The notes beneath the pieces were generated by a model that saw nothing but the letters and a program-made list of their open reading frames with translations, did no database searches and had not been told where the DNA came from. 64,000 bases of DNA from Tubiluchus corallicola (taxonomy: Eukaryota > Animalia > Priapulida). The stretch lies in the NCBI GenBank assembly GCA_030141605.1, contig JAQGDQ010000021.1:62001-126000 (forward strand). The letters run 5' to 3'. A program made the position numbers and the translations under genes. The first letter of the stretch is position 1; each line of letters starts with the position of its first letter. Positions 23,395 through 35,117 of this stretch are shown piece by piece.

Positions 23395-26300
23395 GTATGT
23401 GAAGAATACTCAAAAAGAAATTTGTTTAATAAATTTGCCGTAAGCATGGGCCTAACACAAAAACACATCTAAATGTGACTTTTAGCCAATGCAAGAGATG
23501 CTAAAAATTTGACACATAGTTAATTTTGTTTAATCTGTCCGTAAATATAGAATTCAAAACCAAGAATTTCAAAACTTCCGAGTTCACATTCAACACACAT
23601 TTGTGAAATGGGCCCAATTATTTACAATTAGTAATAATCTCAGGCAAAGACGAAGCCCTTCTAAAGCAACTACAAAAGTAGGGAAATTTTCCTTCTTGAA
23701 AACAGAAAATGAATATTTAACATAAACAAATATCAACCTGTAAGTCATTCAGTGTAGTGCAGCAGCCATCTGGATTCTGGACCATGTCTGTTAGCAAAAA
23801 GTGGCGGTTTATTTGACTTGTAAGTGAAGTCTTAATACATTAGATAAAATAGGAGAGGTTGGAGATCCGCGCACAAACAAACTCTGGTAGTTCAAATATC
23901 TCTGACAAGCTATTTGTAGAGTTAAATGGTATTTTTTGGAAGTTTTGGTGAGGATTTAGGCAGCGAACTGTTGCTGTGATTGAGTACTCAGTCTGAATGT
24001 AATGTTCAGTCTGATAGGGATAATAACAAAGGTGAGGATGATGATAACTGACAATCATGATGTTAATGGTGGTGTGGCTAACAACTTAGCAGGTGATTAA
24101 AACTAATGGAACACTAATAACAATAACTTTGATATTAATGAATGTTCTACATAATGCAAAACTCACTGTTGATCTACATTATATACATTTTTCGCATTCT
24201 AATGCTTGCACAATTGGTATAAATTTTATATTAAATGAATATTAAATATATTAAACAGAGTTAAATTGTAAGAGATGGTCATTCTGGTTCTCGTTCCTAC
24301 ACAACTTTTAATATTTGGCTATTTCTCATATTTAAAAATTACTTTGCTCTCAGTTTCTCACTGAAACACATTAAATTGTTAATCATGGCAGCTCCTGTAA
24401 TTTAATGACTTTAATTAACATTAGCTGTGGAGCCGTTTCATTACTAGAACGTAACATTGTGCCATCCTGTCAGTACTTGGAATTAGTTTTATTGCAATAC
24501 TATCAGTATTAGTTTTTTCACCACTTGTTGCAATATTGCCATTGGCCCCACTCTGGATAAGTGCAAGCTCAATGATGTGGCACCTGAAATTTTTCAGAAA
24601 TTTCACAAAAAATAATAGTATTTTGAGAACAGCAGTAAATAAAGTGCTCTTAAATAATACATCAGTGAAAAGTTCACGTCCTTTAGACACCTCTTTTGAA
24701 ACTTACATGAGGCTTAACTGAATCAACTAGAGGAATCATTACAGCAAATTTCTGGAAAATTTCACAGTACACCAGACTGAGTCTTCTATGCATAAAATGT
24801 AACATTATTTCATTAATTAAGCTAGTTCAACTAAATTAGCAGCAATAGCTAGTTCGTCCAACCTAAACAGATCTGTGGTTCAAACTTCTCAGAATCAAAT
24901 CAACACCTTTACCATTTGTGTACTATAATAAATTACATCTGAATTGTTTTAAAAGTTGTTTTAACAATTCAAAAAAATCAAGTCATATTTCTACAACTCG
25001 GGTCTACAGACATAATGTCATATACTGCTCTAACGGTTCTTTAGAACCAGCTCATCTAGCTTATTATTGGGTACACGGCCTTTATAACAACCACTAGGCT
25101 ACTATCACAGCAATGAGGAATGATGACTGACAGATGAGAAAATCAATAAACATCCTGGCTTCCTTAATGATGTAAACACAGCAGTTGAAGACAGACTGAA
25201 GTGGACTAGCCAACAAGTAATGGCCTGGGATTCCTAATGGTCAGTGCCACTGGCCGCTGCTGACTGGTCAATAATTAACTATTCCCCAAAAAGGCTTCCT
25301 GACACAGACACCGGACCACAAATGAAATAGATAACTATAAGTATATTCTATCCTAAGGATACAATGACAAGGACAACAATCAAACTAGGCATAACTCTTA
25401 GACAAAGTTGCAAAGTTGTTAAAAGCCACGTCATGGAAAAGGTGAAAGCATTTATAACCATTTATAACTTATCAGCATGTAGACATAGTTAAACACGATA
25501 TGATTGAAGACAAATACTTCACAATACAGTGGACCGCAACTATTTTCATTCGTTCACTTTTGACAGATGCTGAAGCTTAACAAAAGTTATGCCATAGTGC
25601 TTTAACTTACCTCTGGGTAGACATATAGACCTTGGTTACGTGGTAAATACATTCTCAACTGTATGTAAGAAGAAACAAATCAGAAAACTAGAATTATTAT
25701 TTACACCAGAATTCTAACCCAGACCTTTTATATTATGTTATGTTATGCTAAAAAAACTTTAAAAAGCTACTGGCCTACTTCAAAGTTCAAATGGCAAAGA
25801 TACGAAAGAATTACAGATTTCAAACGATGCAATAGATGCCATCATTAATATTATGTTAATAAGACTATTTTACCAGAGGACGACCAAGACACTTGGGCTC
25901 GTAATTTCTTAATTTCCGCAGTAGTCTTAAATTCCACAGCCATATTTGAATATTTAAAGCAAAGAAAGGCAATCAACTACTCAGACCAATACAAAAAACA
26001 ATCACTTCAAGATCATCTCGTGTCATTCTAGGTGCCCCTTTATTGTCAAAATCACACTTTATGTACACAAACACATAAGCCAATTATGGGATGTAAGACA
26101 TCAACATCGTTTAAGAAAGAGCAGTTAAAGGAAAACCGGACAATTGTTTAAACTCGATTGTTTTGAACACAGCTATTGCTCAAGTCAGAAATTAACCACA
26201 GTTTGTGCAATGACAACCATTTTCCCTTGCGTTACACTCAAGCAAGTTAGCATAAGTGTTACTGCTTGAACGAAAATGGGCTCTACATCATATGACATCA

Positions 26301-27454
26301 AAAACTAACACTGCAGTTCATGATCGTGCTTATCACGATACCACCTTCTATTTGTCAGCCACACGCATATGACAATAAGGCACCTTTGCCAATCTTAGTA
26401 GATTCACTGAGCCGCGCATAGCTTTGAAAGTTTAACAAATGTGAGTATCTGAGGTAATTATTATTTAATCTAAGCTTTGATTTAAAAAAAGCCATTGTAG
26501 TTTTCAATATCTTAGAGCATTCTTTATTCTGAACAAATGTTTAAACAATCATCCAGTTTTCCTTTAACAAGCAGTTGCAGAGCAGCTAAACTGAAAAACT
26601 ACAATGTCTTGAACTCCATTGACTTTCTTCTTGTAAATGATGCAGTAAACTTATTCAAATGTTGAAGATCTAATGCGGATACTCTGACATCAACCATGGA
26701 AAGCTTTCTTCACTTTAAACCACAGTCCCACCAAAGGCCACACTCTTATTAAACTTTACAAGAACAGCTTTTCAAACACAGAAGTAGATCTACCTGGAAT
26801 TCCCTACAGGAAGAAGCAGTAAGACTAGAACTGATCAAAGGTTCAAAAACACATTAGGTAAGTTTTTATGTAACAGAGGTCTCCTATATTAATATCTTTG
26901 CAGAATAATTAAAGGCAGAGCACATTTCTGTAAATATATATTCATGAAGAGACTTTATGTCTAATGGGTTGATAAATAAATTAGTAAATTCTCATTGTCA
27001 CAGTAGACACTTGTGGTATGCACGACAAGTAGGAATACCAGTTTACCTGCACAGAATTCAATGCACCCAGGCAGGTCACAAAAACATTAAAAAAATGCCT
27101 ACCATTTTTAACAATTTGACAGTGGCTCTCCAAACTATACATTACTATTTAGCAACCTATCACTAATTTTATTATTAGTGATTATTATTTATGATTATTA
27201 GTATCAATAATCTACCTCAAATGCAACGATTTTGCTACTTAACAGGGCTTGTATTACAAGCTTTGCAAACATCTTCGGAAAATATTGTTGTTACGTTGTT
27301 TTGACTTCAACCTCCCTTGAATTGAAAATAAAATGCACGCAACCGACTATGAAAGAAACGCATAATAAAGTCTCACAGGCAATAATCACAGGACGGTGTT
27401 GAAATCTGAACTTAAGTATTTTCAGAAAACATGCAATAAACAGTGCAAGCCTAC

Positions 27455-27500
27455 CATTTTCTGCCGGATCCCCTTTCTTCGACGTTGCAGTATTTCCCAT
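27455..27500 (-). CDS. PRKACA/PRKACB-like: PKA catalytic subunit exon 1 (canonical myristoylated N-terminus MGNTATSKKGDPAEN)
   Basis: ATG at 27500, 46 coding nt, phase-1 donor AATG|GTAGGC. The MGN..KKG peptide matches the PKA-Calpha1/Cbeta1 N-terminus (human MGNAAAAKKGSEQES), with the same coding length and phase. Confidence 0.95.
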
Positions 27501-28640
27501 CACGAAAACGTAGACATTCGCGGCAAAGGCAGTAACGCGACAGATTAAGAGACTTTTACCGGGAATAATCCATAAATGCTATCAATTATTTAATTTTTAC
27601 AATAAAATAAATAGAAATGCCAAATTCTCAACAAGCAACACCCAACAACGCCGAACGACACAGTAGAGCAATCCGCACAAAAATAATGTAAAGATTTTGT
27701 GTAGTTTATTTTCAAATATTCGGTATTTCCGTCTACTCGTACTATTTAACGTAAATGACAAACTAACATCTTTCGATTTTATCGCAAAATCTACTTAAGG
27801 TAGTTCATGCAACAAAAATAAAACATACGCGGATAGGTTTTCGTCATCGCAATTACAGCCAAACCAATTTGTTGCCTCTTGCAGAATTTCTAATATCGTG
27901 GCGACATCTTTTGACGATTACCAAGACTTTCATTCTAACGCGAAAGCGACAAAAAGAACCTTGATGGATTGTTACAAGTCAGATACTGGCATGATCATTA
28001 TGTTTCAATTGCAAAAATTTCAGTATATTTATAGCCTACAGCCATAAAACAATAGGTTTAAGTCTAATTCTAATTAATTTTATGAATCTATATATGTCTG
28101 TGTATAATTTCAGCCCAGTTCCCTGTTGCAACAAGCTTGTCTTTATTGACACACATGATTGTAATGCAAAGGTTACCGAGAAGTCACTGTAATCTAGTTT
28201 AGCCATAAACCCTTAGAGCAATGGTAACGAAAATAGATAAAGGTAGTTTCAGCCTGCCCCAGACACACCCAGCCCTGGTCTCCCCATTATATAATTTATA
28301 TATAATTTCTGACGTAGAGCCATTTAAATGAGATAAATTATAATGGTAGGCCTACGCCTATTTAATTTGTGAATTTTGAAATTCAAGATAGTAATCACTA
28401 TTTTACAAAATTTATTGTTTTCTTACAAATTTCAAGCTTTTATCCCAAAGTGTACGATTTTTAGGTTTTCTCACTATAAATGTGATTAGCTCATGAAAAA
28501 ACTACAAATGTTCATGCAATATATGCAATATTTGTTAGCATGATATGTAACAAAATTCATAGTCATAAGCTGAACAAATTATTGTAACTGTATTGTCAAG
28601 ATTTGACTGGAAAGCGATTAACATTGTAGAGAGATTTTGT

Positions 28641-28930
28641 TGGCGAACTATACACTAGTGGCGAATCGTAGTAGTGGCGAGTCGTGAGAGGAAGCGAAGT
28701 GACCAGTGGCGAACTGAAATACTTTTGTTAAGTGATAAGGTATTAACATAGTAAATAAATTTAGTTGGCGAATCGTAGTAATGGCGAAACGTAGTAGTGG
28801 CGACATGCAACAGAGGCAATCATAGTAGTGGCGAATCGTAGCAATGGCGAATTCTAGTAGTGGCGAATCCTAGTAGTGGCGAATCGTAGTAGTGACGAAT
28901 CGTAATAGTGGCGAATCGTAATAGTGGCGT
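28641..28930. repeat. 16-bp minisatellite, unit approximately TAGTAGTGGCGAATCG
   Basis: About 10 tandem copies at 28765-28930 plus looser copies from 28641. Confidence 0.9.
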
Positions 28931-31541
28931 ACTGGGCCCCGGTGGATACCCAATTTTATACGAAAAATCCCCCAAAATAGCAAATGAAATAAAAATTATT
29001 GCAGTGTTTACACTCTACACATGACACGTGGGCAACAGGGTAATTAAATATAACTTTAATAACAACAGATATATATATGCATATGCCTTAAACATATATT
29101 ACCAAAAAATTCAAATTTGCTCCTATGGTGCTGAAACTTGGCGAGAGTGTTGCCAGATACTTGAGTGAGAATTTTTTATGACTTTATTCTTAGTTGATTT
29201 AATAAGCTACTGGAGTAAACGCTAGTCATACTGTAACTGCAACATTCACATCGCTAATTTCGCTTAAAGTTAGTTTTCAACTGTATAAACCAAATATTGA
29301 CCGTCGTAAAAATGCAGTAATTTACACCCGTTACATTCACTGTATTACTGATGTTTGCTATGACCTTCACGCTGTCACCAATAGAGTCATGCAGACTCAA
29401 CCCGTACAGGACTACATGTCACCCATTATATTTTGATAGCAGACAAATTAATAGACGTAACGGTAAATATTTTATTTATGTTATATAGTTCTACTTCTAC
29501 GCTGATAAATCGAGGCGCCTGGTATTATATTCCTGTCCAATTATATTCTGTCACAAGATATCCGTGCGTTATATTTTTCTAGCTAACTTGAAGTGGCTGC
29601 AAAACTGGGGTGCAAACAAAAAGTCTGAAAACGCACACCAACGGGATATGCTGAATTTACTAAAATGTGATTGAAATAAACGAATTCCCACGCTGGGGTA
29701 ATAATGTACTAATTATTAGTATTCATTATATTTAGCATTTTAACACAATTAAAACCACAAGCAGAACATGAAAGTTGCATCGCTTCGCCAAACCTAAAAC
29801 AATTGCGTTCACTTTCATTATGTTTTTATTTAAACTGCTTAGGACTTTGAATGGCAAACCTGCCATCCATTGATCAAAATAGTAAATTATAATATGGCAC
29901 GAACAAAAACCTGTTCGAAGTGCTTTTCACATAAAGCGACTAATACAGAAGCTTCGAAGTAAATTATCACCGCAGAATTATCAGGAGTGTTGTTAGCGTT
30001 AAAGTCGGTTTAATGAGTGTTCTACATTCCTAGCCTTCACAAAACAACTCTTTTCACATAAAAGTCTGTCGTGTACCACAGATGCTTCCACTCAGTCCTC
30101 TCTGTCCTAAAATCATTCAAGTACAGGGAATTCCAAAAGAAATACTAGTTACGCACCAACAAATTAATGCTATAAATTAAATATACTAATTTTATATCAT
30201 AATTATTCAGTAATGTGGTCATATCAGTTACATCGTGGTAGGAAATGGGAATGTAATTAATATTTGCACGTCATTATACTGTCACAATGTAGAAATCGGT
30301 TTATTTTGTCATATTCACAATTAGTCCTGGTCTACTGCAATGTTTTCTTTTGAACACCCTGCATAGATATCGAGAGTGGCGGACATTCACCATTATGCCT
30401 GCGTTGGTCTAATAATGCATAACTATAGTGACAGTTCTCAAAGACTGTTTTTTCTAGCCTCATCAAAAAATTATTCGTTTTATTAACGTGGGGGCTGACC
30501 CGTCAATTCCGAGAATTGATTCGAAACTGTATTCAAACATGTTTACAATATCTCGATTTTCGTTAAAACAACGAAGAACGAAATATAACGAAGAAACATT
30601 CACTTCAGAAACTAGAATTGCCCAAGACCGTTCAAAACTGATTCACACTGGTTTGCTTCCCAGCGCTTACACTCAAAACAGGCTTGTACAAATTTACCAG
30701 CAAACTAAGCAACAAGAAAACACACAAAAGACTTACAATAGAAATGTTTCTTTGGATCTAAAGCGGAAAAATTGAGAATATCCATGCGTGCGATATCATC
30801 ACAAGCGTTTAATCCTACACCATTACAAAAACGACCTCATAGTTTAAAGCTTTAGAGGAAAAACACATACACATAGCCTCAGGTTTTATTGCCATCATGA
30901 AACAGGTTTAATGTAAACTACCAAGCTTGCTGGTATTCAACTTTGCTTTGCATGACTGGTCTTTATAATGTTATACAATTTTTCATTATTTGTAGGTACA
31001 AGCGAAGTGGGCTGTCCTAAAAAGAGGTGATATTATGGCTTTTTTCACCGGGGCTTTCACTCGGATGACGTTGCTAGAGCGCGTTCAAGCTAGGAAGGCC
31101 TCTTAAAAAGTACTACTATTATACCTGTTTTAGCTGACGATAGTTTGGTGATTTATTATTTATTTACAGATAGCCTAGTTATTTGTATGATTCGAAATTA
31201 ATCCGACGCGATGACAACAATAATGACGCGCATTTTTGTGCAAACATTTAGCTATGCTACTCCTGCAAGCTGTTTATGATTAGGTAAAAGCGCAAAATTA
31301 AATAAGTACTACCTCCCTTTGCCCAATTACCCGATAAATAGGTTTGTACCCATATTATCGATCACGAATATTAATTTATTCATTCTTTATTTATTCTTCG
31401 TCTCATCCTAGGTCAATTTATGATTAATTCACCATAGCCAGCTCATCATGAAACAAGCTGTAGATGGATGCTATGGCCGGTCCGAGTGGATGTGCCACTA
31501 AAACTGACATACGTGTTTAATTGTAGTGGTTCTTAACTTAC

Positions 31542-33090
31542 ACAGTTTGTTCCATTTGCGGACATTTGGATTGAGCTCCTGCCGACGGACCAGATCTGAC
31601 AAAGTGCGCATGCTCGTCGGCTCCAAATCAGGAGTCAGGAGGTTCGAGCAAGCTTGTGCAAGTTGGTTAGCGCTTGCTGTCCTCTGTTGCCCGTGCTCGG
31701 CACTCGCTATTCTCTTCTGTCCTTGCTGTCCACTGCCCGATTGATTTACCGTCTGATCATCTGATGACTTGCCATTCCGATCATCGGGTTTCGGCTTTGT
31801 CTTTTTGTCTTTTGTACCAAAAAGCTAAACAGAAATCAAGGCGAAGTTAGTTAGATCAGCGATTCAATACGATAATTAAAGCTACACCATAGCTGATGGT
31901 AGCTTTTGGGAAAGCTTAGTAACTCTAAAAAACATTTTCCTGTTGTGCAAGTATAGCGAGCGTGTCGCTATCTATTATTGCTAAAAATAAAAGGTGCAAT
32001 AGGTTATACTTAGCACAGACTGTTATCTTACAAAACAGTAGAAGTTATGATAATATAGTGCCATATTCCTATAAGTTTCTGAACTTCGTTCATGGGGTTG
32101 CTTCTTTTGGACTTCGTCCAATTCACGACTGGTGTTCATGCTGTTTAGTTTGTTTCTAGGTAATAGGTAGGCTTATTTCATTAAAAAATCTAGTAGAACT
32201 ACCTTTTTCAGCAATTTTACAGGTACTGATATTACGTGAAATGCACACTAACGCTTTAAGACCAAACACTCAGTTTGAATATTAAATACAATTAGATGTA
32301 CGTTTTTTTTCATTATTGCTCTTTTTCATTAACTCTAGCGATTATAATGTCAAAGATCACCTTTCGGGTATTATATTGACAGATCTGTTTATAGCTGGCA
32401 CCACGATATTATTTCTTGTAAAAACGCTCTAATTTCTTGATAATCCATTCTATTCTAAAATCAGTAATGCTTGGTAATTGGCGAGAACCGAATATTAGTT
32501 AAACTTAGTTTTTTTACTACAAAAATACGAGTTTTAGATACCAAAAGTGTATGCACACCTTGAATTTGAATATTCCCGGGTGGAAATTTTATCAAGATCT
32601 CGACGGCAATGCCCCCTATCCGCTTAAATGAACGGAAGCAGACCGTGCAGTTTTTGATCGTGGACTCATCCCAAATCACTACACGTCTAGATTTTGTTCT
32701 GTTCTTGTTCTTGTTGTTGGGGATGATTTTTGAAAAAAGCCTAAGGCTCCGTGAATTCGCAATGAATTTGAAACTCTTCTCAAGAACATTCTAGAACAAA
32801 TTCCTCATTGATCGACAGAGCCTGATTTTTGATCTGCCATCTTGAATACTAGAAGGCAGCAATAATACTATTGTAGAGAAAAAGGGCTCCACGAATTCGC
32901 AAAGCGTTGCACTAAAGCCCGTGGAATATGCTAGAATGGATTCTGCGTCGATTAACGGAGTCTTATCTTTGATATGCGATCCTAAATTCAAGATGCTGAC
33001 ATTGACGTCATTTCTAATCCAAGATCTTGAATTCAGTGAATCCCTCGACCAATAGTCTGAGTTGAACTTGTTATAACCCAACTTGAACAA
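31542..33090 (-). pseudogene. Unrecognised spliced ORF (exon-like 32542-32790 and 31542-31824, plus an upstream in-frame open segment 32794-33090)
   Basis: 32461-33090 is one frame of 210 codons broken by a single TAG (32791-32793), which is also a plausible acceptor. A TTG|GTATCT donor joins in phase 0 to a 283-nt open exon (LFGTKDKKTKPKPDDRNGKSS...RKWNKL) ending T|GTAAGT. No family recognised and no clear ATG. Confidence 0.45.
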
Positions 33091-33239
33091 AGCTCAGAGA
33101 GCAGATGGTCATGAAAGCTGTCAGATTTTACTTAACTTAAACCTCTCAACCACTTTCCGGTTTCAGGAAGAAACTTTAGTATGTATACTTTTCGCAGGTA
33201 CAGTTCCACAAACCGATGGAAAGCATAGCTAGTTAAGTA

Positions 33240-33472
33240 TAACCACAATAACAGTGACAACTGCTATTATTAGCAGGTGACGATGGTGACAACGTTGAGG
33301 ACGACAACAAAGAAAGTGATGATAAGTATGGTGGGGATGATGAAGACGATGATGATGATGATGATGATGACGATAGTAGTAAAAATAATAACGACAGCGA
33401 CAATGATGATATTGGTGTTGATGACGACAGAGAAAATTACAACAGCGATGACGATGATAATGGTGATTATGG
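33240..33472. repeat. Degenerate (GAT/GAC/AAC)n trinucleotide tract
   Basis: Period-3 low-complexity run with a pure (GAT)n core near 33348-33369. Confidence 0.85.
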
Positions 33473-33970
33473 TTTCTGGCTTATAAAGTTCCTAATTACG
33501 AGCGACACAAAGACTTTGACAGTCTGCGTTTGAACGTTTCATAAATCAAAAGCTACAGACTTGTAACGTTTCTTCGAAGAATAAATGGGTTTGCGTTATA
33601 GCCGAAGATCTCGAATGATGAAATTATACATCCATCAGCGCCTAGTGATCTAAATACATGAAAGTAGTTAAACAAGATAAACAAGAAAGCTACCTTTATT
33701 GTCATTCCCTAGTGAAAAATATGGAATGGCAGTAGGAAATTGTGCGAGGAGTTTATAAATACTAATACTGTATAGTCTTATTTTAATGAGATTATTAATG
33801 ATAGACGTTTGTAGCCTTTCATCTTTATCTCCGAGATGAGGTGATGAAGCTTGTAGGTTAATTCCTTATTTCAAACTGCAGATTTTTTACCAACTCAAAT
33901 TATGACTTGGCAGCAATAAGTGTTAATTTTAAAATCTAAGCTGTTTGGAATTTATGTAATATAATTACCT

Positions 33971-34141
33971 TATAAAAAGAAAACCTGATTATCTTTACAG
34001 CTACTATTTAAAATTGTTACCATATACGATAGGTTTGATATCATTTGAATCTTTATATAAAAAGAAAATCTGTACTTCTTTACAGTTACTATTTAAAATT
34101 GTTACCATATATGATAGGTTTCCGTATCGTTTGAATCTCTA
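33971..34141. repeat. Tandem duplication of about 85 bp
   Basis: Two adjacent copies of TATAAAAAGAAAA..CTTTACAG.TACTATTTAAAATTGTTACCATATA.GATAGGTTT..TTTGAATCT. Confidence 0.9.
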
Positions 34142-34298
34142 CAGATGCAGCATGGCATTGACTGCTGGATTAATATGCTAATTAATTTTCCCCGTTTATA
34201 TTACAAAATCGTGCATTTATTAAAAAAAGTCACTCTCAGCATGTGCTTGTGGCAGGTTGCATAAATTAACATGCATGATTAGACATTCATTATGGCCA

Positions 34299-35117
34299 AT
34301 GTCGAGTAGCAGCGAAAGAGATTATGAAATCGAAATTTTTGCCGATGAATGCCAATTATTTTCGTATGATTATACCGAGGACGAAGTTATGAAGGGCAAA
34401 CAATGCAATCTAGCTCATTCTCGCCGTAGTTAAGACTAAATATGATGTTTCGTTCAAAAGCGTCCGATCATTTCAAGTTCAAAAAATCAAATTAGAAACA
34501 GACCAGATCGCAGAATTAGACCGTTTAGCATCGTCACATTTTCTGGGTCACTTTTTTAAGAATGCTTTGTCTATTTTTGAGTGCTCATTGTCGCGGTTTT
34601 ATATTGAGCTCTACTACGGGTATTTAAGAGCCTTGGGACTGAAAGAACTGGACATTAAAAAGCGAATATATCTTTATATTTATAGTGCTGGCTTCTCTGA
34701 ACCGCTTCTCGTTCTACTGTAAGTTGCTGCCTATTTTTCGGACATTTAAATTAAAATTGTCTTATCAGCTAATTTCAGTTGGGGTTAATTTTTCCTTGCT
34801 CCGTGAAATAATAACTATTAATGACAAAAGCAGCGCTTGTGGTACGAATTTATATAATAAACAGAAGAGATGGGCAAAAAAACGTAAAATTAGTGCAGAA
34901 TCCGTCATTTCTGACAAGTTAACATTTCTGCCAGCAGCTGTAAATAGTTTGCAGTATTCTTTCTGTATCTATCTACACAAGAAGTCAAGAACTTTATAAT
35001 TGGGTCGTCAACGAAGAGGGTCAGAGTCACGAAACTAGCACGGTAGACAACTGAGATAGTGAGAAGGGGCTTGAAAGTGGCAGACGACGACGTGCCTCAA
35101 ATAATCAAGGACACTAG
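34299..35117 (+). pseudogene. Unrecognised frameshifted spliced ORF, divergent from the 31.5-33.1 kb ORF
   Basis: ATG 34299 opens 44 codons. An overlapping +1 frame, 34414-34718, is open for about 102 codons to a GTAAGT donor. A putative next exon from 34982 has an in-frame TGA at 35052. Confidence 0.35.

Noticed and set aside
28641-28930. CRISPR-like appearance of short repeats
   Set aside because: Units are directly tandem with no unique spacers, the context is eukaryotic, and there are no cas genes.
33277-33486. Met/Thr-rich 69-aa ORF
   Set aside because: Product of a degenerate trinucleotide repeat; no splice or homology support.
34299-34316. MSSSSE start shared with the acidic PKA exon at 20173
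   Set aside because: Different Ser codons and no further similarity; a low-complexity coincidence.
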